The notes under the pieces: generated by a model
What the model saw: the letters and a program-made list of their open reading frames with translations, nothing else
Databases searched by the model: none
What the model was told of the DNA's origin: nothing
From: the human T2T-CHM13v2.0 reference genome, Homo sapiens
Direction: 5' to 3' (one strand)
Length of the DNA stretch: 64,000 nt
Assembly (NCBI RefSeq): GCF_009914755.1
Contig: NC_060925.1
Shown: in pieces, positions 14,261 to 28,300 of the stretch
Position numbering within the stretch: the stretch's first letter is position 1
Layout of the letters: every line of letters starts with the position of its first letter
Made by a program: the position numbers and the translations under genes

Positions 14261-15989
14261 ATAAAAAGACTTTGAATAAATGAAAGCACAAATGGGTTGT
14301 TATAAATGCTATGAAGGAAAATACCAGATTCTTTATAAAAGGGTTATAGATATGATTTAATACAAATGGGGTTAGGTAGAAGTCAAGATGGTCTTCTCTG
14401 CAGTTAAATACTTAAGGTGAAATCTATTGAATGACTAGGAATTAGCCAAGTGAAAGGGCAGAGAGACAGCAGTACAGGTAGAAAAACCATCATTTAAAAG
14501 AACACTAAATAGCAGGTGCTCAAAATGTTTGAAGAGTTGGATGAAGTCCATCGTGGTGAGAGTGGAATGATCCAGGGGATACGTGACCACAAGGGGGCCA
14601 AGGCTGGATCACATAAGACCTTGAAGGCCATGATAAGGAGTTCAGATGTTGTCATAGTGTAATGGAATGCCACTGAAGGGTTTTTAAAAGAGGAGGGAGT
14701 TGCATTCTACTTCACATAGAGTTGTAGAATCATGTAAAGTAGAAACCTCCTCAATTTCCTCAGCTCCTCAATCCCCACCCCACTACCCATAAGCTTTTCC
14801 CTGCAGGCACCCATCTGCAGGAAGCTTTACAGTTGGCCACCTCACTCTGGTCCACACCAGAGTCTTATCTTTCTGGTCTTTAGATTTCACCAGGCCACAA
14901 CTATAAAATGACTTATATGAAAAATACTTGTATACTTTTATTATAAAATTTGCTGTCATTTACATTATTTGTTCATTCACTCAGTCTTTTCTAGGAACTA
15001 TATCTGATGCCTCCCAGAACTCCAGAATCTACTAAATATTAAGAACAGTGTTTCCCTCTATTCCTCAGCTGCCAAGGAGCTCATGACTACATTTAATATA
15101 CACACAATTGTATTTTCCTCAGCTATGAAATCATGATAAAATAGTTCTTGCCTTCCCCTTCATTGATTAGTTGCCTTTATAGTATGCTAGAATTATTTTA
15201 CTATGCCAGTACTTTTATTGTAAGCTAATTGAAGATTTTTTGAAATTAGAACAGTTTTACCATTTTTAAAAATTAGCAAAAAAAAAAAAAAAAAAAGAAG
15301 AAGTATTTTCTGCCACTTGATAAAGGACTTTTCTCTTTAACACCAGTAACAGCCTCAGCATGAGGATTCTGGTAACAAGGAACCCCTGAGGTTGCTCTGG
15401 TTTTTTCTGAACAGCTCTAATTACTGTAAAGTTATTAAATGTTTATTGATTGTAGAACCAAATGAATAAACAATGGTCTGTTGTTCTACTAAGTTCAAAA
15501 CACATTAAGGAAACAATTTGTTTATTAAAAGCATGGATTTTTAAAAGCATGGATCAAATATAAAAATAAAAATAGAAGGGTTTTATATAATATGTAAAGT
15601 AGTACTAATAGAATGCAATAAAGACAAATAATTATCCCCAGGGGAACACTATTACAGGCAGGCTTGATAATGATTTATTTTTTCTTTCCTTTTGTGATAA
15701 TTATTCACTCATTGGTACTAAGAGATGCTGACAGTTCACTAACAAGATGATTGCTTTTGCTTCACATATTCTGTGCTTTCCTCTCATTTTAGTCCTAAGA
15801 CAAATTATTCAATTACTTTCAGGTGCTAAATTTGTTTTAATAGTGTCTATTCTATGTAGATATATGATTCTCTAATTTTAATAAAATTAGAGCAATTTTA
15901 TTTTGATATTTTAGAAATACACTGAATGCCATTTAAAATGTTAAGGAATTCTTAGTTTTTTCACCATACATAAATTTAAGTTTGGAAGT

Positions 15990-16230
15990 GAAGTCAGAAT
16001 AGACTTGAGACTTAGATACCCAAGACTTGGATCTGAAATGCAGCCATACCACATACTAGCTGTGTGTGAACTTGGACAAATTAATTAATCCCTTTGGGTC
16101 GCTCTTTTTTTCAATTTTAAGGTAGAGTTGGTGGTAATCACTTCTCTACCCAACTCACTGGGTTGTTATGAGGTTCAAATGAAACAATGGCTTTGCACAC
16201 CATAAAGTTCTTGTCAAATATCGGTAATAG
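15990..16230 (+). mobile_element. MIR SINE
   Basis: actagctgtgtgtgaacttggacaa...gggttgttatgagg. Confidence 0.7.
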
Positions 16231-16602
16231 TATATGTATTCACTTATTTCAAAAACATTTGTCAAACACCCACTCTATGCCCGGCACTGTGCTCATGCCA
16301 GAAATGTGCAAATGTTTGAATAGAAGATTATGAAGATGATTATGTCACTGTTTCTTAGGTTTAAAATGTACATATCTTACACCAACATAACAACGTGAAT
16401 ATATAATACAGTTACGATATTTCTTCCCATTAAGGCTTTTGATTATATTTTGCTCATTTTAGAAGTAATAACTTTATTCTAACTTTGTCATAGATATTAT
16501 ATACTGAATGTAACTAATTAAACAATGTAGTTGAAAATCTTGTAAACAGGATACAATATATAATTCTATTATTTCTAGTTAGAAAAGCCAGAAACTGGTT
16601 AA

Positions 16603-16765
16603 TTTTTTTTCTTTGAGACAGGGTCTCACTCTGTTGCCCTGGCTGGAGTGCAATGGCATGATCATGGCTCACAGCAGCTTCAAACTGCTGGCCTCAAGCA
16701 ATCCCCCTGCCTTGGCCTCCCAAAGTACTGGGATTATAAGCATGGGCCACCATGCCCAACCTAAT
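16603..16765 (-). mobile_element. Alu monomer (FRAM/AluJ-derived)
   Basis: Single ~160-bp Alu arm with T tail. Confidence 0.85.
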
Positions 16766-17203
16766 TTTATTTAACCAGTGAATTCCAACAGGTTTTATGT
16801 TTAGTTCCCAGTGTTGTCTCTTATTGATTCTTCTTATTTCGAACTGACAGTGAGCCCAGACAGAGTTTTAATATAAATTGTCATGGGGAAACACTCTTGA
16901 GATCTTCTGTGTCTTCTGTTTTTGAAGAGTTTGTTTCACAGTCAAGCAGAAACAACAGTATGGACTCTAAGTGCAAGAGAAATGTGTGCTATAATTACAA
17001 AGGCAGCAATGAAATATAATTACTACAGGGGCAGCAAGAGGCAACAAGATAATAGGCTGAGTTCAATCATTCAAAAAATACTAAATGAGCATTTACCAAT
17101 GTACTTTGCTAGTGACAGGGAATACAGTAGTTAATGCAGAGCTGATACTCACTTCATGGAGTTTAGAGAAGTGAAGAAGAGTTCAGAAAAGTTAGAGTGA
17201 GTC

Positions 17204-17503
<300 letters not shown>

Positions 17504-19644
17504 ACAAGTCTTCTAAGCAGAGAAAATAGCACCTGGGAGGGCCTTGGAAGTAAGAAGTATGGTGCCTTCAAATTACTCCTGGAGCATAGAGGACATTTAC
17601 TGAAGTGTTCTGTATATCTTTGTATTTCTCACAATATCAGGAATGGGTTGTCCACAGATATTTTTGAATCTATAATAAATGGTGAACACCAATGAGCATG
17701 GCACCATTGGGTCTGCCAGTCCTCCTGGAGCATGTCTGGTTCTGAATGTCAGAACATTAATATTTTCATTGGGAAAATGTGAGTCTTGATAGCACTACAC
17801 AGAATGATAATGGAAATATAATGAGGTGATAAAGGAGCAAACTTTAAAATGTAAAAACATCATCAAATGTTTGTTGTTCATCTTTGAAACAATTGGAACA
17901 GTGGAAAGAACATGGAAAAGAACAAAATCAAGGAAGATACTAGATTGAAAGGGGTCAGAATCTTGAACATTTTCTTAATTTTAATTCTAAAATATGTCAA
18001 AGAATAGAATGTTTCTGAAGCTGAAATAGCCATATCTGTGTCAATGTCAGAGTCTCATATACTCAACTTGGGGAGAAACAGAAAGCGCCAGGCTGTCAGC
18101 TTAAGCAAGGCTCACAGACCAATGCACCTGAATTTCACACAACAGAATAGAAGGTGACCGGTTTGCTTAAAGAATATCTTAGTGATGCACATCAGCCAGT
18201 TTTGATACTTCCCCCAGAGAATCAAACTCTTGATTATATATTTATACACACATAGGGAGATATGTATGTTAAAAGGAAACTTGTTAAAGCTTTATCTTGA
18301 GTTATGAGAAAATATATGTGAAAACACATACTCTATAAATATTTATAAAACTATAAGAAACTTATACATCAGTAACATTTTGATAATTATAGTGACTCAT
18401 GTCATTATAATCTTATGGGCAAAGCTTCTTTAAATTGTTCTTTGGAAACCTTCACTAAATGGTCTTGAATAGAATCCAAGTCTTGAATTGCTTAAATTAA
18501 TTCCACTCTCTCCTGAATGGTGTTGTAGTGCTGCTTCAGGATATTAGATAATGGAATTGTGACCCTACAGCTTTATTGGAGCTAATCATATTAATAAGGC
18601 CAAATAGGTCTTTATCTAGGATGAAAGAACCAAATAGTATAGCACTTAAAAAAAAACAACCATTGAGATATCCTTGGAATAATGCCACAAATTTAAGTCT
18701 GGGGGAGAAAAAATAATTATTAGAGGACAGAGTGCATTCACATATTGCTCAATTTGCCATTTACTTAAGTACTTGAAGTTTGGGAAGCATTCAGACTATA
18801 ATGATGCTCATCACATACAAGGAGCTTGGGTTAAAAGCTTTCTGAGCGTCCTCTATTAAACACAGTAGCTGCTCTCCATAGGGCATTACCATATTAAAGA
18901 TCCTACAATATTATCAGTTAATTTACTGGTCATATTACACCAAGCATATCAACTTGGTTTTAATTATTCTGCCAATACTAATTGATTGGTAGTGGCTGCT
19001 GGGTTACAAAAAGGCTGTGATTGTAAACAAACTCTAAAGCAGAGATCATGGATATATGTGTTTAGGGGTGGAACTGGGGCGTTCACAACCCCTATATAGT
19101 GACAGTAATGGTTCTCTATTACAGAAAAGGCTGATTAAGCATAGGCTCAAGGTTACAGAACTATTTATTCATTTGTTTATCATTCACTTCGTCAAAAATG
19201 ATACGGAAGAAAATATAGGTAATATACAGTGATAAAGAAATCAGGGCAATGGGAAAGTAAAATCAAAAATTAAGACAAGGCCACTAAGAAATACAAGCTA
19301 TAAGATCCGGCACACTTAGGAAAGGGGACTTAGAATTTGACTCTAAGTTTCCTGATAGTCTAATTGAAAGTGGAAGGCATGATCATTTACAAGATTCGGG
19401 CTGTCTTAAATATAAGGCAGGTCCTATACGTAAAATGTAAGACAGACATTCTGGTATAAAAGAATGTAAGTGGACCTAGAAGACATGAATTTAAATCTTA
19501 GGTCTGCCATTTAGGAGCTAGGTGACTTTCAGCAAGTTATTTAAACTTGACTACTTCGATATCTTCATTTGCAAAATGTGGATAATAATGCTGCTTCATG
19601 AATTGTTTTGAAATAAACAAAGAAGTAAATATGCTCTTTATTTT

Positions 19645-22180
19645 TTGTTTGGTCACCTAGATCCATTTGCCTTGCTTTTCTGTCCTACTTCCTGTCCTGG
19701 GAGGTTGACCCTAAAAACCGTGCCACCCAGGCTCCCATTGCCCTCTGGCTTTCTATTTGGTTCAGCCAACAAGAGGTACTCCCTCCCCACTGCCTCAATA
19801 CCAACTGTCTAACTGTAGCTGCTCTTTTTATGACTACAACTCCTGATGGGCAGTTGCCTTATGTATTAGTCCATTTTCATGCTGCTGATAAAGACATACC
19901 AGAGACTGAGAAATTTACAAAAGAAAGAGCTTTAATTGAACTTACAGTTCCATGTGGCCTGGGGAGCCTCATAATCATGGCGGAAGGCAAAGAGGAGCAA
20001 GTCAAGTCCCACCTTACAAGAATAGCAGCAGGCAAAGAGAGAATGAGGAAGTTCCAAAAGCGGAAACCCTTGATAAAACCATCAGATCTCGTGAGATTTA
20101 TTCATTGCCATGAAAACAGTATGGGGTAGACTGCCCCAATGATTTAATTATCTCCCACTGCGTCCCTCCCCCAACACGTGGGAATTATGGGAATACAATT
20201 CAAGATGAGATTTGGGTGGGGACACAGAGCCAAACCATATCATTCCACACCTGGCTGCTGCCAAATCTCATGTCCTCACATTTCAAAACCAATCACACCT
20301 TCCCAATAGTCCCCCAAAGTCTTAACTCATTTCAGCATCAACTCATAAGTCCATGGTCCAAAGTCTCATCTGGGACAAGGCAAGTCCTTTCCACCTATGA
20401 GCCTGTAAAATCAAAAGCAAGCTAGTTATTTCCTAGATACAGTGGGGGTACAGACATTGGGTAAATACAACCATTCCAAATGGGAGAAATTGATCAAAAC
20501 AAAGGGGCTACAGGCCCCATGCAAGTCTGCAATCCAGCAGGGCAGTCAAATCTTAAAGCTCCAAAATGATCTCCTTTGACTCCATGTCTCACATCCAGGT
20601 CATGCTGATGCAAGAGGTGGGTTCCCATGGCCTTGGGCAGCTCCACCCCTGTGGCCTTACAGGGTGTAGCCCTGCTCCTGGCTGCTTTCATGGGTTGGCA
20701 TTGAGTGTCTGTGGCTTTTCAGGTGCATGGTGCAAGCTGTTGGTGGATCTACCATTCTGGGGTCTGAAGGTCGGTGGCCCTCTTCTCACAGCTCTACTAG
20801 GTGGTGCCCCAGAAGGGACTCTAGTCCCATTTCCCTTCCACACTGCTCTAGCAGAGGTCCCTTCCACACTGCCCTAGTATACATCTTCTGACATCTAGGC
20901 AGAGGTTCCCAAACCTCAATTCTTGACTTCTATGCACCCACAGGCATAACACCATGTGGAAGCTGCCAAAGCTTGGGCTTGCACCATCTGAAGCCATGGC
21001 CCAAGCTCTACAATGGCCCCTTTCAGCCATGGCTGGAGTGGCTGGAACTTAGGGCACCAAGTCCCTAGGTAATGTACATAGTTCAGGGACACTGGGCCCA
21101 GCCCACAACACCACTTTTTCCTCCTAGGCCTCTGGGCCTGTGATGGGAGGAGATGCCATAAGGACCTCTGACATGCCCTAGAGACATTTTCCCCATTGTC
21201 TTGGGGATTAACATTTGTATCCTCATTACTTATGCAAATTTCTGCAGCCATCTTGAATTTCTCCTCAGAAAATGGGATTTTCTTTTCTATCACATTGTCA
21301 GGCTGCAAATTTTTCAAACTTTTACGCTGTTTCCCTTTTAAAACTGAATGCCTTAAACAGCACACAAATCACTTCTTGAATGCTTTGCTACTTAGAAATT
21401 TCTTCCACCAAACACCATAAGTCATCTCTCTCAAGTTCAAAGTTCCATAGATCTCTGGAGGAGGGGCATAATGCTGCCAGTCTCTTTGCTGAAACAAAAC
21501 GAGTCACTGTTGCTCCAGTTCCCAACAAGTTCCTCATTTTCATCTGAGACCACCTCAGCCTGGACCTTATTGTTCATATCACTATCAGCATTTTTGTCAA
21601 AGCCATTCAACAAGTCTCTAGGAAGTTCCAAATTTTCCCACATCTTCCTCTCTTTTTCTGAGTCTTCCAAACTGTTCCAACCTCTGCTTGTTACCCAGTT
21701 TCAAAGTTGCTTCCACATTTTTGGGTATCTTTTCAGCAATGCCCCACTCTACTGGTACCAATTTACTGTATTAATCTGTTTCCATGTTGCTGATAAAGAT
21801 ATATCTGAGACTGGACAATATACAAAAGAAAGAGGTTTAATTGGATTTACAGTTCCACGTGTGTGGGGAAGCCTCACAATGATGGTAAAAGGCAAGGAGG
21901 AGCAATTCTCATCTTACATGGATGGCAGCAGGCTAAGAGAGAATGAGGAAGACACAAAAGTGGAAAACCCTGATAAAACCATCAGATCTCATGAGACTTA
22001 TTCACTCCCATGAGAACAGTATGGGGAAAATGCCCACCGGTTCCCTCCCACAACATGTGAGAATTATGGGAGTATAATTCAAGATGAGACTTAGGTGGGG
22101 ACACAGAGCCATACCATATCACCTTCCATGCTGTCAGCTATGGGTGTGCACTCTCTTTCTGACTAGAGCCCTGATTGATA
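19645..22180 (+). mobile_element. LTR33-like ERVL LTR split by the THE1 insertion (pieces 19645-19861 and 22122-22180)
   Basis: gggaggttgacc...cccaggctccc..tgccctctggctt...cagccaa before THE1; gccctgattgataa terminus after it. Confidence 0.65.
19862..22121 (-). mobile_element. Complete THE1 (THE1C-like) MaLR element: LTR 19862-20242, internal 20243-21766, LTR 21767-22121
   Basis: Two direct LTRs (tgtatta...ccatatca), 1.5-kb internal region with gag-like remnant (ORF 21437-21670 WENLELPRDLLNGFD), TSD cctta/ccttc. Confidence 0.95.
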
Positions 22181-24548
22181 AAATGAATATTTATAAAATG
22201 GAAGAAGTTGGAGAAAATAGAGTCTCATTATTAAACCCCTACTACAGGCCCTGCACAGAGGCAGGCATCTTTATAGTGGATATTCAATAAATGCTGATAA
22301 ATTTGAAGAAAAGGGAATAAGACAAGGTAAAGCAGATTTCACAAAAATCTGAGACACAAGATTCAGATCCTTTGTGTCAGATGATCCCATTTCCCAAATT
22401 TGGAATGTGAACAGAAGAAAGAGAGACAATGAGGATTGTCTGTTCAACTCAGCAAGCCTGGAAAACAACAATGCTAGTATGTATGGAAGACATAAAATAC
22501 TATTCTAGGTTTAAGTAAGATTTAAAGGAAAATAGTACAGTAAAAGGCAAGTACATGATTTTTCACTTGTCATTTTGTGAACTTGGGTATAGAGTGGAAG
22601 TGAGCAGACATGAACATAATTAATGGAATGGCCATTTTTCTTACATGCCTAACCATTTTTTTGCATGATTTACAATTTTCAAATGCTATTCCCTCAGAAA
22701 AGAAATTTTACCTTGTTTTCACAAGAAAAGATCAAGTTGAAGAATGACTTTAACAATAAAGTAACCAGTGCCCCCAAAGTATATTATTCACAGTGTCTAG
22801 CATAGGCACAGTGAAAGGTTCATGGGTATCCAGCAAATTCTGTTGTTGGTCCTGGAAACCAACAAAGTCAGATATTCAAAATGCCTTTCTTGTTTACAAA
22901 AAGTATTCTACTTGTTATCGTTGTCAGGAGAGACCCTTTCACTCAGATCCTCTTTATCGAGAAAACAGAAAACCCTCATAAAAGCATCAGATATTTAAAA
23001 AATTTTTAAATTTCTCTTTTGAGCACAAGCTTTTTGTTTGTTTGTTTATTTGTTTTGTTTTTTACAGGAGAATGGAGATGTCTCGGATTTTTTGTGCACA
23101 AATTGTCCTCAGAACCAAACAAAATAACCAGCATAGGAGAGAATTCACAAAGTAAGAGACTCATAAAGTAAAATGTTTTGCTTTACTTTTTGCCTTTTTC
23201 ATCCTGCTTTGTTTTTCAACATGTGTAAATCATTCTGTTACTATAAACTTAATAAAGAAGTAAAAGAGCAAAGACCAAAAATGTAATAATGAAATAAAGT
23301 TTTTATCAGTTATAATTTTTTGGCATGATCAGGTTATCTTTGGTGTACACTTCAGGGTTTTGTATTTCAAACACAACTCTTCTTAAAACTTTTCATGTGT
23401 CCCAGATGTGACCTAGTTTCCTTCTGGGAAATGAATGCTGAGTGTTGTACAGACAAGTCAAACAGACATAGCTATTTTAGGAGTCATTAATGTAGTGCTT
23501 ATAGAAACCAAATATGTAAACCCACCTGGCCAGGAAAACCTTTATTGAGTATATACTTTGTGCTGAGTGATATTCCAGGCTCCAGAAATGAAAATACAAA
23601 GGGCAAGGCCCAATCTTGAAGAGCTCATGAACTAGTAAAAGAGAACAACAAACATGTTACAAGGCAAAAACAAATTACAAATGTAAATAATAAAGCCAAA
23701 GCATAATATGTACAATAATGGAAGCCTGAAAAAGGTAAAGAAGTATTACATAAAATGGAGCCATTTGTTCTGTCTTAGGAGAGCTCAAAAAAGCCTTCAC
23801 AGAAAAGGTAGAATCCAAGCAAATTCAAAAGTTTAAAGTCCAGTTTGGAAATTTTCTTTCAATTAAGTCATGACGTGTTTATGGACAAATATCCACTTGA
23901 ATCAATAAGAAAAGGAAAATGACTAGCATAATGCTGCACATAAAATAAGAATTAAAATGTTTCTGCTCTCTTCGTGTATTTTTAAAATTAAGGTAAAATT
24001 CAGATAACATAAAATCCACCCTTTTAGTCATTTTAAAGTGTACAATTTTTTAGTACATTTTAAAGTGTACAATTCAGTGGTGTTTAGTACACTCACAATG
24101 TTTTGCAACCATTACCACTACCTAATTCTAGAATATCTTTATCATCCAAAAAGAAACCCTGTGCCCATTGAGTAGTCACTGGCCTTTCCATTTACCCCAA
24201 CTCCTCCAGCACGCGACAACCACTAATTTGCTTTCTGTCTCTATGCCTCTTCTGGACACTTTATATAAATACAACCATACAATATGTAGGCATTTGTGTC
24301 TGGCTTCTTTCAGTTAGCATAATATTTTTGAGGTTCTTCCTTGTTATAGCATGAATCAGTACTTTATTCCTTTTCATAGATGAATAACATCCCATTGTAT
24401 GTATATGCCACATCTTGTTAATCTGTTTATCAATTGGAGGACAGTGGGTTGTTTCTACATTTTAGCTATTGAGAATAGGGCTGCCTCCATATTTGTGTAC
24501 AAGATTTGTCTGAACTCTTCTTTTCAATTATCTTAACTATATACCTAA

Positions 24549-24908
24549 TGATATGGTTTGCCTGTGTCCCCACCCAAACCTCATCTTGAATTGTAGCTCC
24601 TATAATCCCCATGTGTTGTGGGAGGGACCTGGTGGCAGGTAATTGAATCCCGGTGTCTGGTTTTTCCTGTTCTGTTCTTGTGACAGTGAATAAGTCTCAT
24701 GAGGTCTGATGGTTTTATAATGGGCAGTTCTGCAAATGCTGTCTTTCCTGCCACCATGTAAGACGTGCCTTTGCTCCTCCTTCACCTTCCGCCATGATTG
24801 TGAGGTCTTCCCAGCCATGGGAACTGTGAGTCCATTAAACCTCTTTTTATTTATAAATTACCCAGTCTTGGGTATTTCTTCATAGCAGCATGAGAACAAA
24901 TGAATACA
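24549..24908 (+). mobile_element. THE1B/D-like solo LTR
   Basis: tgatatggtttg...gaataca termini; TSD cctaa/cctag. Confidence 0.93.
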
Positions 24909-25380
24909 CCTAGGAGTAGCATTGTTGGGTCTTATGATAACACTAGGTTTAACTTTTCGAGGAACCACCAAACTATTTTTTTTCACGTTGGCTGCACCAT
25001 TTTACATTCCCACCAGCCATATATGAACGTTCCAATTTCTCCACACCTCACCAATATTCATCACATTCTGTTTTGTTTTGTTTTGTATTGTTTTGTTTTG
25101 TTTACTTTTTCCCATCCTAGCGAGTGTGAAGTATCTCATTGTGGTTTTCCTTTGTATTTCCCTAATGACTGATGATGCTGACTATCTTTTTATGTGCTTA
25201 CTGGCCATCTGTATATTTTCCTTAGAGAAATGACTATTCAGATCCCTTGCCCATTTTTGAATTAGGTTGTCTTTTGTTATCGAATTGTAAGAGTTCTGTA
25301 TAAATTCTGGATATAAGTCTCATCAGATCTATAATAGGCAAATATTTTCTCCCATTCTGTAAGTTGTCTATTTTTTTGAT

Positions 25381-28300
25381 AAATCACCCACTCCAGTGAC
25401 ATAGCCACCATGTGCTCACACACGCCTCATCAGGGGCCCAAGCACCAGCCCATTCCAGGGTCCACTGCCAGTGACCCTGTTCATTCCAGCAGCTGAGTCA
25501 CTACACACCTCACCCAGAGGCCAGAGGACTGGCCCACCCAAGGCCTGCCACTGGTGGCAACCTCACCCACTCCAGTGGCCAAGCCACTGAACATCTGTGC
25601 AACACCCAAGACCTAAGGACTGGCCGACTCAGAGTCTGACACCTCTGGAAACCTCACCCACTCAGAAACAGAGCTACCAAAGGCCTATAGCCCTCTCAGG
25701 GGCCACAGATCTGGCCCACTGGGGGCCCACTACACTTTGCAAAGCTGCACCATAGCCTCCACAAACTCTTGCAGCCTAGGCCGCTGAGGCACTTGCAGAC
25801 ACTGCTAACATTGAATACACCAAACAGAATCACACAGAGACTACACTATTGCACCCACCTGGACCCAAAGCCAAAACACTACCCAACCAACACTAAAGGA
25901 CAAATCTACAGGAAAAATTATTTCTTTATGAAAGTTGCTCAATAAAATGAGACAAGACAACTGCTACACCAGATGTGCAGATATCAACATAAGGACACAA
26001 GATGTATGCAAAAGCAAGGAAACCTGACACCTCCAAAGGAACATAATAATTTTCCAGTAGCAGACTCCAAAAAAGAAAATCTATGAAATGCCTAAAAATG
26101 AACTCAAAATAATTATCTTAAAAAAACTCAGTGAGATATAAGAGAATACAAATAGACCATTCAATGAATTCGGGAAAACAATTATCATCAGAATAAGAAA
26201 TTCAACAGAGATAGGTACTATAAAATGGAACCAAACAGAAATACTGGAACCGAAGATTTCAATGAATAAAATAAAGATTACAAGCAACAGCTTCAACTAC
26301 TGACTGGATCAAGAAGAAAGAATTTCTGAACTTGAAGACAGGTCTTTTGAATAACCCAGTAAGACAACAAAAGAAAAAAAGAATTAAAGAGAATGAAGAG
26401 GCATACAAGACTTCTGAGACATTAAATGAACAAATATTCAGATTATGTAAGTTCTAGAAGGTGAATAAATAGGAGAAGACATTGAAAATATATTTAAATA
26501 AATAACAGCTGAAAACTTCTCATATCTTGAGAGAGATAGGGACAATATGACCCAGGAAGCTCAGAGATTCCCAAATAGATCCAACACAAAAGGCCCCTCT
26601 TCAAGGTAAATTGTAGTCAAACTGTCAAAAATCAAAACAAAGAGAATTCTAAAAAGAGCAAGAGAAAAGTGTCAACTCACATATAAGGAAAGCCTTGTCA
26701 GACCAACAGAAAAATTTTCAGCAGAAACCTTATAGGCCAGGGAGAATGGGATGATATATTCAAAGTACCGAAAAAAAAAATTTCCAGCCAATAATACTAC
26801 ACCCAGCAATTATACCCTTCAGACATGAAAGAGAAATAAAGTTTTTCACAGATAAGCAAAAAAAGAGGAAATTTATCACCACTAGACAGGCCATACAAAA
26901 AATGCTTGAGGGAGTCCTAAATCTGGAAGTGAAAAGACGATACCAACCAACATGAAAACTCATGAAAGTATAAAGCTCACTAGTAGAGCAGACACACAAA
27001 GAAGAAAGAGAAAGGAATCAAACATTATTACAAAACAACCAAACCATGAGAAACAATAAGAGAGAAAGACAGGGACAAAAAAATGTAAAAAACAACCAGT
27101 AATTAATTAAGAAAATGACAGAAGTAAATCCATACCTATCAATAAAAACTGTGAATGTAATTATTTTGGATTCTCCAATTAAAAGACATGGATTAGCTGA
27201 AAGGATAAAAACAAAACAAGATCAAACTATATTTTGTCTACAAGAAGCTCACTTCACCTGTAAAGATACACATAGACTGAAGTAAAAGAATGGGAAAAGA
27301 TTCCACATAAACAAAAAACAAAACTGAGCAGAAGTAGCTATAATTACTTATATCAAACAAAATAGATTAAATTTAAGTCTAAATACATAAAAAAGAGACA
27401 AAGAGGGTCATTACATAAGGATAAAGGGATTAATTCCATAAGAGGATATAAATTCTAAATATATATGCATCCAACACAACAGCACTCAGATATATAAAGT
27501 AAATATTATAGTTAAAGGGTGAGATACACTGCAATATATCAATAGGTGGAGACTTCAACACTCCACTCCTAGCATTGGACAGATAATCTATACTGAAAAT
27601 CAACAAAAAACATAGGACTTAAACTGCATTATAGACCAAATAGACCCAACAGACATCTGCCAAACGTTTTAACCAACAGCTGCAGAATACACATTCTTCT
27701 CATCAGTATATGCAACACTCTCCAGGATAGACCACAAAACAAGCCTCAATAAACTTAGTCCACAAAACAAGCCTCAATAAACTTAAGAAAATTGAGATCA
27801 TATTAAGATTTTCTTTAGATCACAATCGAATAAAGCTAGAAGTCAATAACAAGATGAACTTTTGAAACTGTGTAAGTACCTAGAAGTTAAATAACATGCT
27901 TCTGAATGATCAATGGTGCAATGAAGAAATTAGGAAGAGAATTTAAAAAACCTTTTGAAACAAATGAAAATAGAAACACAATATACCAAAACCTATGGGA
28001 GATAGCAAAACAGTTCTACCAGGGAAGTTCAAAGCAATAAATGACTACATCAAAAAAGCAGGAAGTTTAAAAAAAAAAAAAAAACTTCACTAACGTAGCA
28101 CCTCAAAAAATTAGATAAACAAGAACAAACCAAGCCTCATATTAACAGAAGAAAACAAATAATAAAGATTAAAGCAGACTTAATGAAATAGAGACAAAAA
28201 TACAAAAGATTGACAAACAAAACAAACAGTTGATTTTTTGAAAAGAGACTAAGAGAAAAAGAAGATCCAAATAAATAAAATCAGAAATTAAAACGGAGAC

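Noticed and set aside
21471-22013. Longest ORF in the window (180 aa)
   Set aside because: Antisense to the THE1 internal region and running into its LTR; no recognisable protein.
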